A stretch of 64,000 nt of DNA, taken from the human T2T-CHM13v2.0 reference genome, Homo sapiens. Positions 14,030-27,673 of this stretch are shown piece after piece. The stretch lies in assembly GCF_009914755.1 (NCBI RefSeq), contig NC_060934.1. One strand, given 5' to 3'. Position numbers and translations under genes: made by a program. The first letter of the stretch is position 1, and each line of letters begins with the position of its first letter. The notes beneath the pieces are model-generated. The model saw only the letters and a program-made list of their open reading frames with translations, did no database searches and was not told where the DNA came from.

Positions 14030-14756
14030 TTGCAATTTCTAATTCCCTGTGCTAGTATGTAGAAATGCAATTGATCTTTGTATATTGACTTTGTACTCTT
14101 TGACCTTGTTAAACTCACATGGAAGTTTAAATAGCTTACTTGTAGATTGCTGAGAATTTTCTACTTTTATGATGATGATCATGTTGTTAGTCTTATTTTT
14201 CAATCAGTACACACTTATTTATTTATTACCATAGCTAGGACCATCAGTACAATGTTGGGTATAATGGGCGAGAGTAGAAACACTTGCCTTGCTTCCGATA
14301 TTAATGGAGAAACAACTCTATTTTATATTATCAATATATTTGAGTCTTTGCTTATCTGAGAATGTCTTTATTTTGCCTTTATTTTTGAAAAAATAATTGT
14401 TTTGGGTATAGAATTCTTGTTTGAAGGTTCAGACCCCACCCCCAGCATTTTGGATACCATCCCATTTTTCTGGCCATTATAGTGTTATTGTTCCCCTGTG
14501 CATGATGAGTCCATGTTTTTCCCGCTGCTTGCAATATTTTCTTTTTGGTCTTGGATTCGTCAGTTTGGCGATAATGTGCCTACATGTGGATCACTTTGTG
14601 TTTAACCTATTGTGAGCTTCTTGGGCCTGAAGATCCATGTTTTTCAATTGATTTAAAACTTTAGCTTGCATTACTTCTTCTTATATTTATTTCTGCCTCT
14701 TTCTCTAAAGATCTCTGGTCTTTCTGGGTCCTCCATTGTGCATTTATTGGTACATT
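14030..14756 (-). mobile_element. Old L1M fragments (ORF2 and ORF1 region); host of the L1PA insertion
   Basis: AGAAATGCAATTGAT..TGTATATTGAC, CTAGGACCATCAGTACAATGTTG, TTTCTGGGTCCTCCATTGTGCATTTATTGGTAC. Confidence 0.7.
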
Positions 14757-16556
14757 AAAGGGAATAAAATACCTAGGAATACAACTTACAAGGGATGTGA
14801 AGGACCTCTTCAAGGAGAACTGCAAACCACTGCTCAAGGAAATAAGAGAAGACACAAACAAATGGAAAAGCATGCCATGCTCATGGATAAGAAGAATCAA
14901 TATCCTGAAAATGGCCATACTGCACAAAGTAATTTATAGATTCAATGCTATCCCCATCAGGCTACCATTGACTTTTTTCACAGAATTGGAAAAAACTACT
15001 TTAAATTTCATATGGAACAAAAAAGAGCCCACATAGCCAAGACAATCCTAAGCAAAAACAAAACAAAACAAAAAAACAAAGCTGGAGGCATCATGCTACC
15101 TGACTTCAAATTATATTGCTAGTCCTCAGTAACAAAAACTGTGTGGTACTGGTACCAAAACAGGCATATAGACCAATGGAACAGAACAGAGGCCTCAGAA
15201 ATAACACCACACATCTACAACCATCTGATTTTTTACAAACCTGACAAAAGCTAGCAATAGGGAAAGAATTCCCTATTTAATAAATGGTGTTGGGAAAACT
15301 GGCTAGCCATATGCAGAAAGCTGAGAGTGGACTCCTTCCTTACACCTTATACAAAAATTAACTCAAGATGGATTAAAAACTTAAACATAAGACCTAAAAC
15401 CATAAAAACCCTAGAAGAAAACCTAGGCAATACCATTCAGGATATAGGCATAGGCAAAGACTTCATGACTAAATCACAAAAAGCAATGGCAACATAAACC
15501 AAAATAGACAAATGAGATATAATTAAAATAAAGAGCTTCTGCACAGCATAACAAACTATCATCAGAGCGAACAGATAACCTACAGAATGGGAGAAAATTT
15601 TTGCAATCTATTCATCTGACAAAGGGCTAATACCCAGAATCTACAAAGAACTTAAACAAATTTACAAGAAAAAACAAACAACCACATCAAAAAGTGGGCA
15701 AAGGATACGGACAGACACTTCTCAACAGAAGACATTTATGCAGCCAACAAACATATGAAGAAATGCTCATTTCTTCACTGGTCATTAGAGAAATTCATCA
15801 CTGGTCATTAGAAAAATACAAATCAAAACCACAATGAGATACCATCTCATGCCTGTTAGAATGGTGATCATTAAAAAGTTGGGAAACAACAGATGCTGGA
15901 GAGGATGTGGAGAAATAAGAACGCTTTTACACCGTTGGTGGAAGTGTAAATTATTTCAACCATTGTGGAAGACAGTGTGGCAATTCGTCAAGGATCTAGA
16001 ACTAGAAATACCATTTGACTCAGCAATCTCATTACTGGGTATATACCCAAAGGATTATAAATCATTCTACTATAAAGACACATGCACATGTATGCTTATT
16101 GTGGCACTGTTCACAATAGCAAAGACTTGGAACCAACCCAAATGTCCACCAAGGACAGACTGGATAAAGAAACTGTGGCACATATACACCATGGAATACT
16201 ATGCAGCCATAAAAAAGGATGAGTTCATGTCCTTTGCAGAGACATGGATGAAGCTGGAAACCATCATTCTTAGCAAACTGATGCAGGCACAGAAAACAAA
16301 ACACTGCATGTCCTCACTTATAAATAGGAGTTGAACAATGAGAACACATGGACACAGGAAGGGGAACATCACACACTGTGGCCTGTTGGCAGGGTGTGGG
16401 AGTTAGAGAGGGATAGCATTGGGAGAAATACCTAATGTAGATGACGAGTTGATGGGTGCAGCAAACCAACATGGCACATGTGTATCTATGTAACAAACCT
16501 GCACGTTCTGCACATGTACCTCAGAACTTATAGTATATTAAAAAAAACTTAAAAAA
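14757..16556 (+). mobile_element. 5'-truncated L1PA (about PA7-8), 1.8 kb
   Basis: Broken ORF2 ([23 protein letters not shown]; [26 protein letters not shown]), 3' UTR and A tail. Confidence 0.95.
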
Positions 16557-16665
16557 GGAAATACAGTTATCACTAACAAAGCATTTCTGAATATATCATA
16601 TAACATGATTAAGAAATGTCAGAATTATGCATATGAAATATATATCAGATGTAGTAATTAAAAAA

Positions 16666-17190
16666 CGATGTTTCACAAATTGTTGAATTTCTGTTCATTT
16701 GTCTTCAATAGTCTTTACATTTCTTGATAATTGGATAATTTCTCTTAATCTGTCTTCAAGTTTACTGATTCTTCTGATATTTCAAATCTGCTATTGAGCC
16801 CCTCTAACGAATTTTTCATGTCAGTTATTATAGTGCAAATTTCACCTTGAGAATTCCATTTATAATTTTTTCTGTATACTATCATTAAACATGGTCTCAT
16901 TAGTTCTTTGAACCTCTTTATAATAGTTGCAATGGAATTTTGTCATCTAAATCCAACATCTGGAAACACTCAGAGTCAGTCTCTCTTGATAATTATTCTC
17001 TATGGGTCCCGGTGATAGTTCCTTTTCATGTCTCCTCATTTTTTATTGAGTACTGGATATTTTAGCTAATTTATTGTAATACTCTGAATTCTGACATCCT
17101 CCCCCCTCTGGGTTGTTATTGTTGCTATTGTTTTGTGATTTAATAACTTGCCTAGACTTAATCTATAAAGTCTGTCTTCCACAGGCTGGA
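16666..17190 (-). mobile_element. Continuation of the old L1M ORF1/5' region
   Basis: TCTGTTCATTTGTCTTCAAT, TCTTCAAGTTTACTGATTCT, CAAATCTGCTATTGAGCCCCTCTA..GAATTTTTCAT. Confidence 0.7.
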
Positions 17191-17217
17191 ATTTAGTTCT
17201 AAATATCAGTGGTCTCT

Positions 17218-17218
<1 letters not shown>

Positions 17219-17248
<30 letters not shown>
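17219..17248. repeat. (GT)n microsatellite
   Basis: Direct reading. Confidence 0.95.
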
Positions 17249-17251
<3 letters not shown>

Positions 17252-18549
17252 CTTTTAAGTTTTAAGTCTACTTTTACAAAGGTCATCATAACTTTCGATC
17301 AATCCAAAATTTGGTGGAGGTTGCGCTGAAACACCTTGAGCTAATAAAGTTCCCAGTATGCTTACAGATCTATGTGTTAGCTGGGGAGCAAATGTAAGCA
17401 GAATGAACGTTTTAAAGTCTCCTGCAGCTTCTACTTTCCATCACTCTCTCTCACATGTTGTCCATACATGCATACAGTGTTTGTTATCAGGCATGTGTGG
17501 CTGGCCTGGTCCCTTTCTATTAACTGCTGCACCAGCACGCTGCCTTCAGTCAACACAGGGTTCCATGGAGATTAGCAAGCCCCCTACAACTGTCTCACCA
17601 CTCAGAACTCCCAGCTAAACTCCCAGCTAGTCCACTATCTGTTGCTTTCCACTAATTAGGCCTTCAAGCCATTGGTACTCCTTGTCCACTTGCCAGCTTA
17701 TCGCCTGCATTGTTACAATATTATATTATTCTTGTTTCTTTAAAAGAGAGACAAAGAGTGAGAGAAAGTGAGAGCGAAAGGAAGAGAGACTTTTCAATTA
17801 AGTTTTCTTATGATCTGTAGCATGTTAAAATTTTCTTCCTATGGGTCCCATGCATTTCTGTAAGTAAATTCCTAATTGTTTTATAGTTTTAGTTGCCATA
17901 TAAATGGGTTTTTTTTATTATAAGCATCATACTATTTTAATGGTTCAAGAAAATTTTTAATATAAAATCATAGCATTTCTAACAATGAAAAGATTATTTT
18001 CATCATATTACTGCTTGCTCATAAAATACTATAATTGTCATCTTAAATTCAAACATGACTTCAGAATAAAGGTAATATAAATTCTATTCAAATATCATAA
18101 ATATTTTATTAGGCAGTTAAAATCCCATTTATATTTTTATAACATCTTCAGAGATTTGAGCATCAGGACTTGTCTTGAAAAGGGAATTATTGTGTGTGTA
18201 TGTGTGTGTGTGTCTGTGTGTGTGTATACTGAAGGCTGTCAATGCAGACTAATAAAGGAGCTTTACCCAAAATCGAACCTTTGCATTTTACAGATGAGAA
18301 TTTTAAATATTGACAAAGGGAAGAGTGTATTATACTATTGCAATTACAGCATTTTAGATACAAATGAATTTAAATACTACAAATTCTTCTCCTTATTAAG
18401 GCACAGTAGGTTTTATTCATATTCATAGAGTATGGGAAACAAAATTAAGAAACAGGCAATTTCTAAATTTCTTAAAGGCCAAAGCCAAAATGGAACTATA
18501 AGCAATCATAAACTCAGTCACACATTCATTTTCTACTTAACAACTAGCA

Positions 18550-18975
18550 ATGTTCTCTGTTCTCTTCTATACTTTTGTGTGTGCTTCAGAGATTTGGCTT
18601 AAATTCTGAAGAACACATTTCCCAGAATTTTTTGCTAGTAAATTCTAATTTACATTCCATCAGTCAGAGTGACTGCCATAAGATTTGGAAGTAGGAGGAT
18701 GGCAGAATTCTTATTACACCTGTAGCATCTTTGCCCGGCACATGACTTTGGCAGTTGCACACAGAAGGCCTTTCAGCTGCTTTCCAAAATCTTCCAGGGA
18801 ATCACTTGCTTTAGTACTATCAGGTCTGATATTCCTGCAGTGATTCATATGACTTCATACTTCCTCAAGATTTTTTTTTCTGACCTCTACAATGTTATTC
18901 CTTATAAGCATCTTGTAAGTATCTAATTTCTTGTTTTTATTTCTTGAGATATTTTCCAGAGCAAATTTCTGATAC
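18550..18975. mobile_element. Possible old ERVL LTR (LTR33/LTR16-like)
   Basis: Weak resemblance (CATTTCCCAGA..TTGCTAG..AGATTTGGAAGTAGGAGGA). Confidence 0.3.
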
Positions 18976-19699
18976 AGCATTTAGAGATTGACAAAATAGT
19001 TGGAACCTAAGATTGAGTATACGGCAGATGCATTTACTGTTCAACTACTATTCATGTGCTCCCTCATGTTGCCCAGATTCTTTTCAATTATGTGGGTCCT
19101 GATGTTTAGTTTTGCCATGGGTTCTAGGAGGAAGTTCTTGGCATAGCATCTGGTATAAAAACCAGAATATTAAATCATTTGTTCTCCAATGGCCTACATG
19201 TGTTCTTACAGGCAAAATAGGGTTTTGTCCTGAAGGATCAGGTATCTACCTGTTCTAGCCCTTTGAACAGTGTTGCACTAAGACCCAAAGTTAGATGTCA
19301 ATGAATACCAAGGGCAATCTTTTATTTTATTTTACTTATAATTCCAGTGCAATAGAAATGATTTCATACTGTGTTTATGATTCATAATTACACAAACATA
19401 GTTCACACTCACAAAAATAAATGTGTACAGTTTATAAAATAGTATAAAAAGCATTTATTAAATGTTTATGGATTTATATTATATTATTATAATATAAATA
19501 ATTAAATTATAATATAATAATGTTATTATATTATTGTTGTTTATAGATAATAAGTATGTCCTTGAGATAGAAGTTAAGACTTCTATGGCTCTATTAGTAT
19601 TGAAAAAATTCTCTGTATTTTTTCTTTCATTCAACAAATATCTTTTAAGCACCATCTCTGTACTAGACATTGTTCTAAGTACATTAATGTGTGACCACA

Positions 19700-20096
19700 T
19701 ATGGTAGTGAGCTTGGTCTGCCATAACGTAATACCACAAGCTGGGTGGCTTAAACAACAAAAGTTTATATTTTCACAGTTCTGGAGCCTGGAAGTCCAAG
19801 ATCAAGGTGTCAACGGAATTGCTTTCATTCCAAGGTTTCTCTCCTTGACTAACAGAGGGTGCCTTCTTGCTGTATCCTCGCATGGCCTTTTCTCTGCACA
19901 CTCACAGAAAGAGAAGGGGCCCTGTTGTCTCCTCTTCTTCTCATAATGACACAAACCACATCGGATCAGAGCTCCATTCTCATGACCTCATGCAACCTTA
20001 ATTACCTCCTTAAAGGCTCTAGCTCCAAAAACAGTCACATTGGGGGTTAGGGCTTCAGTGTACGAATTTAGTGGAGACACAATTCAGTTCATAATA
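19700..20096 (-). mobile_element. MLT1B-like MaLR solo LTR
   Basis: CTGCCATAAC..ATACCACA..GGGTGGCTTAAACAAC..CACAGTTCTGGAG..GACACAATTCAGTTCATAA; perfect 5-bp TSD CCACA. Confidence 0.88.
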
Positions 20097-21098
20097 CCAC
20101 ACAAGAAAATTATTTTCTCAAAAGTGGTCTACATTAAGGAAATTGTAAAATATTTGGTTTCCAAAATGAAGCAAGACTTAGGAAGAGCACAAGCTTCTGT
20201 CATTTAAAATACCTAATGCTACAGAAAGAATTTCAAAGGAAAGTCTCCCAATTTTTAATATTAAAAAAGTATTTACACAAATTATATAAAAGTAGTTTGG
20301 TGAACTTAATGATGCAAGTTTTTCTAGTTTTTTACTTTCCAACACTTGATTAACTTTATTGCCAGTCTTTTTCTCCTAATTTCAAGATTTTAAAGTGTAC
20401 CTACAAAACTGATCATCTTTAAAATGTAAAAATTATTCAATGTATGCCAAAATAAAAATCAGCACTTAAAAGTTATTTGACAGGTCATGTACTTTTGATC
20501 TTTGATATTAAGCAACTACTGAAACAAAGTAAATCTGACATTTTGTTGGACTAGCCTGTGTGAAAGAAGTATCTACTCTTTTGACTTTACATATTGTATC
20601 AGTTGGATTCATTAATTATGCCTGCATTTTGGAAAGTTTCCAATCGCTTGTTATTCTGACACATGTCAAAGAATATAGGGTGATTTAACTACGGTGTCAA
20701 ATAAAGCAGCAGAAGAAAAATTTCAGGTCCCAAGAGAACCGTTATATTTTAAAACAGAAAGATTTATTATAAAATAAAATGCCTTTTATTCCTTATACAG
20801 ATAAGAAGGAAAAATTGTTGTTTTATATATTATCTCATTATTTTATGGCCATATGACATTACAACAAAGTGAAAATTCAATATTTTTTATATTCCTTTTT
20901 ACGTGCTTCCATTAAAAACCTATTCTCTTTACTTCTAACGTAAAATTTTTGATATGCTTATATTTTCTATGTTATACCTAATGAACTTTCATTCTTTTCT
21001 TTTTTATATTATAATGAGAGATAAAATAATAAAAAAAGACAATTTTTTGGTAACTCATCACTTAAGGCAAAATGTCTTCCTTTCACCTTAGTCTTTAT

Positions 21099-21207
21099 TA
21101 GTGTTTCTCAAACTCTAGTGTGCATCAAAATTGGCTGCAGGACTTGGGAAAGCACAGATTGCTGTAGTCCGTCCCCTGAGTTTCTGCTTCATAGGTCTGG
21201 AGTGAGA
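21099..21207. mobile_element. MER5A fragment (hAT-Charlie)
   Basis: AGTGTTTCTCAAACTCTAGTGTGCATCA..CACAGATTGCTG..GAGTTTCTG. Confidence 0.7.
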
Positions 21208-21579
21208 GGTGTCTTTTTATCTTTCTTCTACATTTTCCATAATTTTCTCTTTCTTTGCCTAGTTCTGGGCAATTTCTTCATATCTCTCTTATAGTTCATT
21301 TATTCACTCATCAGTTATATCATCAATAAATATTTCTGAGCAAATGAATAATTGTTCAGCTCATTTTAGGGCTTGCTTTGCTCATGTATTAATCCAGACC
21401 CATGTGTTGTTGTGCCCTAGGACAGGTAACACAAGTCCTAGATTGTTCCTGAGTCATTTATTCATATGCTCTCCAGCAGCCCAGTCCTTCCAGGAAAGAA
21501 GTCTCGTCTTGGGCCATCTTTTTGTCATGTTACCCTGGTACAGTGGCTTGGCCTCCTTTGTGCCAGCTGCTTCATTAGT

Positions 21580-22181
21580 TGTACTAGTTTTCCATTGCTG
21601 TGTAATCACCACAGACTTGGTGCCTTCAAACAATCCAAATCTATGATCTCACGACATCCATGGGTCTGGAATCTAAGTATAGCATAGCTCAATTCTCTGC
21701 TGAAGATCTTACAAGGTTGCAATGAAGGTGTGGGCTGGGTTGTGTTCTCATCTGGAGGCTTGACTGGGGGAAAATATCTGCTTCCAATCTAATTCAGGTT
21801 GTTGGCAGAATGTATTTCCTTGTAACTATAGCACAAGGCTCACTGATCCTAGAAGTCACCTGCAGTTCCCTGCCACATGACCCTCCCATAGGCAGTTCAG
21901 AGCACAGCAGCTGGCTTCTTGTAGCCAGCAGGAGAGTCTCTTGCTCCAGTCTGTTAAGATGGAATCTTATATAACAGAGCATAATCATGAGACTGATATT
22001 CCCTCAGCTTTTTTATGTGATGTTACCTAACAAAGGCAGTGACACTTACACATCATTGCCATATCCTATTGGCTAGAAGCAAATACAAAATTCTGCCCAG
22101 ACACAAGGGGAATAAATTACCCAGGGGGAAACATCAAAGGGTGAAGATCATGATGGCCATCTTAGAACTTTTCCTGCCATA
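21580..22181 (-). mobile_element. MLT1E-like MaLR solo LTR
   Basis: TGTACTAGTTTTCCATTGCTG start, TCATCTGGAGGCTTGACTGGGG, GTTGTTGGCAGAAT, CTATTGGCTAGAAGCAA; TSD ttagt/ttaga. Confidence 0.82.
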
Positions 22182-25100
22182 TTAGATTTCTTCCAATAGC
22201 ATCTTGCATATATTTGGCTCTGCTAGATAAAATCATCTTCCTCACAGCACGAATGGCTGATCTCCTGGTTTCTGCTTCACCTCAGAGTGCAGTTCTAATT
22301 TTTAGTCCCTGCTTCATCCAAAAAGTGTCAGTCTAACATTAAGTCTTAGCAATGTATCACAATCTCTCTGCTATATAGAAATTCTGATATAGGGGAAAGA
22401 ATACAGACTTTAAAGTAAACAACATTGTCTTCTCATTCCAGCTTCAAAATTATAAGATGTAGAAAAATTTGGCAGTTATTTCATCTCTCAATCTCAATGT
22501 AATAATCTATAATGTGAGGATGTGAACAACAAACTAAGAAAAATGTGCTAATCCAAAAAGAAAAGCATTTAGCAGATGGCATGCACCTAATAATTGATAA
22601 TTATCATCTCTTTTATTAATTCCCATGTTTCATAGATGCTGTCTTACATGGGTATAAAGCAAAGCTAGAAAAAATAATCACATGAATGCTTAGAGCTGTT
22701 TTATACCAGTAACTTGATATTATGTTCTTTGCTCTTTATAGGATGAAGTCAAAATTTGAATCACCAATGTTGTATGCACATCATTTTACCCAACTGAATT
22801 CACCTACTATTTCACTCCTCTATTTTAAGTAGACACAAATTCACATCTTTACATGATTAATAACTTAATAGATTAATTGGCATACTTTTGGCAATGCTTA
22901 TAAAAGTAAGGACAGCTATATCTCTGGATTTTAAACCAGAAAGCTAAAAAGTAAAACTGCACAGGTCACTATGATCATTAAGTTCTTAATTTCATGTATT
23001 CATGAGTACAATTGAATATGGAAACTTGCTGTATCTTAAAAGAAGACCAAAAGTAGGGTCAATATCAGCAAGAAAATAGTTGCAGTTGCTGTTAACAAAA
23101 GCAAAGTTAAAGGTGGCTTCTTTCATCCTAACCTAAAAATTGTCTGAGGTGGGGCAGCCCCACGAATGGCAAGATGGATTTGTGGTCATCAGGGATCAGG
23201 GTTTCATTAACAAGGTATGAGGAAAGAATAAATCGTAGACTGCCCATCTTGGCCATGGTCTATTCCTTTGGGCAAATATTTTTTTTCCATATGTGGACAA
23301 CCTCAAAATTTAATCTCCTCCATATCTGTGCAGTCCTCTTCACTACTTCCAGACAGTTTTTCTTTTGAATCAGTTACCTATAAGCTAAGAGAAAAACGTC
23401 TAACACATTCAATAAACAATGCTGAGAGAGGAAGACAGAAGTACCATATTTGAAACTACATTCAGAAAAGGAGAGATTGGGAAACTTTCCCAGTCCCTTG
23501 CTATGGCACTATTCATAGACTTCTGTAGGACAGTATAGATCGTTCCTGGGCTGCAGGGGTTTCTTCTTCGCTGAAAGTTTGTCATCATGATCTTCTGCCT
23601 TGGATAAACTCTCTTATTTGTTGTCCTTTGCATTCTGTGTTTGTCTTCCAGAAGTCTGTGTGTGTATATATCATGCATCTCTATTATCTGCCAAGAATAA
23701 AAGCAGCCCATCTCAGTTTCTCTTTCCTCTTATGAAATCTTTCTCAAGTTAGAGCTTTTCTCTATCCTTTTATATCTCATTGACCAGAATTTAGGCACAT
23801 TGTTATGCCTAACTACAATGGGGACTAGAAAATGCAATCTTTTTCTTGAGCACCTCATTGCCTTTAATAAATCATAGCCCTCTTATTAAGAAATAAGAGG
23901 AGACTAGATATTAGGAAAATAGCTAACAATCATAACCCTTTAGGTTATCATCAGAATCCCTTCATAAGTATGGATGAAATATGATGGAATGCTATGGCCA
24001 GGATGAGAAATTGATTAAGATGATCATTGTTTCAAATTATTCTCCCCGCCCAACACATATTAGATTTATTTAAAAGAATTATAAAGCAACCTTGATAGTA
24101 TACAATTTTATTCAGTATTATCGCTACTTAGCACTCTAGAGGGTGTGGACCATAGTAAGACTTCAGCAACGTTCTGATGGAGAGTAGATTAATTAGGCCA
24201 GGGATGGGTAACAGGTGCTCAAATGAAGATCCAGGTTGTGAAACCAGCATGGATCAATTTATAACATCTAATATACATTGATAAATTTGAGGTCAATTCA
24301 GGTGAGGTCAATTCAAACCTTCCACAAAACTTGTGATCTTCATGCCTTTTTATGACTATATTCCTTCCATTCATAGCAGAGCTCATAGTAAGTCAAATGG
24401 GGCAACTAATGTCTAGGTGATTCTAGAAGTTTGTCAATCAGATCATCCAGGGGTTCAGGAATGTTGAGTGAAGTGTGACAAAGGTTAGATGGGGGTTAGC
24501 ACCCAGATCAATCAGGCAGTCTGCTGTCACTGCAGATAAACTAGAATAAGCTCAGAAAATCAAAGCTAAATCTAAGCTATGAGAACACACAAAGTGAGGG
24601 TGACAGTAGGCTAGCAGCTCAGTGGTATGAAGCATTCCTAGGGACTTACCACTGAAAGACCAGATATTAAATTTATGATACTAAAAAAATTCAAGTTCTC
24701 TATTTTCCATCCCTCCTCCAAAGCCATTTCATAAAGGTAATTTTTTAAACATTATTTACTTGCTCCAGAAGTATACGATATGGTCTATTCTTGCCTCCAG
24801 CATTTATATGTAGTTTTACCACTCACCTAGACAGGGAAAATACTGTAACACAATGATAAGGAAGAAAGTGAAACAAATATACAGCAGATTAGGAGACCTA
24901 GGTTCTTCTCCTGACTGTTAGCTACTGTGTGATTTATGTGATTACTTTCTCTCATTCAATGCTTCCTTTTTTAATTGTGAAATGAAGACATTTGAATTGA
25001 TGACCTCTAGATCTCTTGTCACTCAAAGCTTCCACAAACCCAGGGATTCAGAAAGCAAAAATTATTTTCAGTTTCTTTTAAAAAATGTGATCCCTTTGTG

Positions 25101-26966
25101 CTGTGATATTTGTACTATACTCCCATATGTGGTGGAAGTGCATTTCTGAGTGTCTATGAACAAATCCTATGTGTAATCATCACCCCTAGATAACAGCCCC
25201 AGTGGCCACTTCTGCAATTACGTAACTGTGGTCTCAGGAAGTTTCAGTGACTGTGGGATGGAGCTCTCCACTACAGAGAACCTGGAGTCAATATAGCCAG
25301 GCAGAAAGCAATATTATGCCTGCCCCTTAGACGCCCTCACTTTCATATAAATGTTGCCCACTACAATAGACAATGTGCCTTCCTCACTTCTGAGAAGATA
25401 ATGACAAAGCCACTTGGGAATGCCATTTATGTTTCTCTTTTGATTCTGTTACTTACAAATTAATGGAATTCTGCCGAAGCTTCTCTCATTTGATGGCCTT
25501 TCCCCTTTTCTCATTTGAGTGAACAGAAGTAGAGGTAAGCACTAATCACAGTTCAACAGTCGTTAATTTGGCCACAAGCTTGCATTTATCTCTATAAGCA
25601 CAAAAGAATAAGGAACACTCTGTAAATGGATGGTTTCTTTTAAACTTCATAACAACAGTGAGGTAGGAATTCCTTTCTACACATTTAAATATGAAGTAAA
25701 ATTATATTTATTAAGTCAACATTGAATCAAATTCAAATTTTCTGATTCCAGACTCACAGAATGAAATGAAATTAGGTGATGAGGTAAAAAAGAAATGGAG
25801 TTAGTTACCTGATGACACTGCGGATTTCCAAGCTGTTATGGAACAAAAAGTAAATTTTAAATGAAAAGCATGGTCTCATACTGTGAAGTATGTTTAATGT
25901 GAAGATCAACAGGTAATAAGAGGTCTCTCTAAGAGCTTTTTCATTTCCTGAACTTGTCAGGGTGAGAATCCCACAGAGATTCCTTACAGAGGGAACTGTG
26001 TGGATTAAGTACTGGGTAAAGATGTTGAAATACAGAATGAAGGAAATCACTGATTCATTTGCAAGTGTGTCTTTCATTATCGACACGTGGATTATCTTGA
26101 CAGTTTCTGAATAATCACATGGGTTTATTGAGAATTTGTATCTATAACACTTTTAAATTTATTTAAGCTTCTGAAACATTAACTGGGATGTTTCAAGCCA
26201 TTTGAGTAGGACTCTATAATTTAGGAATGCTGCCAGCTGGATGCAAGAAAGTGTAAGATGGCAATAGAGGCTTGCTTGTCTTAAATAATAAGTCTAGAGC
26301 TTCATGGTTGATGGCATTATTCCAGTAGTTTCTATATATCAAGACTAGTGCTCATTTATTAATTCTCTGTTTCTTTATTGTCACAGACCACCACCTGCTT
26401 CTGTAGGGATCATATCTGCCCTATAGGAAGAGATAAAGACAGGAACACAGATGCTTTACAGGTAGTGTGTTTCATTCCTTCAGGAAAGCAAAATGTTTTC
26501 TGCAATTCTTACCCGGAAGATTTATTTTGTTTTGTTTTTAACATATTCTTGGATAGAGTTATTAACATGGACGCCTCTTGCTGCAAGGTGCTTAGGTAGC
26601 AGAAGGTCAAAGATGGTGAGGTAACAGGAAACATTATGTTGTCAAATCAGACACATATGAATAAGAAATCTTACCCTACAGTAATCTTACTAGTAATTTT
26701 AAGAATTCAGGCAATCAAGAGGCTCAAAAGAAGCAGATAGAGGTCTAAAAAATCAAGGTAACTCCTTGGGTCTTTTTTGTTTTTCTTTTCCTGCACTGTA
26801 TACATGCTTTCTGACCAAGAATGGTTAAGGTTTCTAAGATAGATAGTTATAGGGGGTATTACCTGACACAGAAGAAAGAATTCAGTCTATGAATCATCTC
26901 CATTTTATACCTGGGCTTATCTGACATTGTTCAGGGAGACAGTCTTCATAAATCCATAAATGATGA

Positions 26967-27073
26967 TTCTTTCTTTCTCCTTGCCCTCCTTTAATTCCTT
27001 CTCCACTCCTCTCTCCCTCTGCTTGCCTCTTCCTTCTCCTCCTGCCCTTCCCTCTTTTTCTTCTCTCTTTTCC
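26967..27073. repeat. CT-rich low-complexity tract
   Basis: Almost pure pyrimidine run. Confidence 0.85.
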
Positions 27074-27366
27074 TATTACAAGGAATCTTTAACCAGAGAC
27101 ACCCTTATTTAGTAGATGAAAACTCTTTTCCTAACAAATATTATTAGTCTGTTTGCTCATAAGTCCAGTTATTATGCCGTCAAGTGTATTAGATTGGGTC
27201 ACCTGTCTTTCTTTTCCTTCTCCTGGGATTCTTCCCCTAATAAAGAGAGCAAATAGATTGTAGGCTAGTTGCTTTAACTTCTTCATCCTTAGACATTGTT
27301 TCAGACACAGAGGTGATAAACTAATTGCATTGATTGATATCAAGCATTCTATAACCTTTTCTTTAA

Positions 27367-27673
<307 letters not shown>

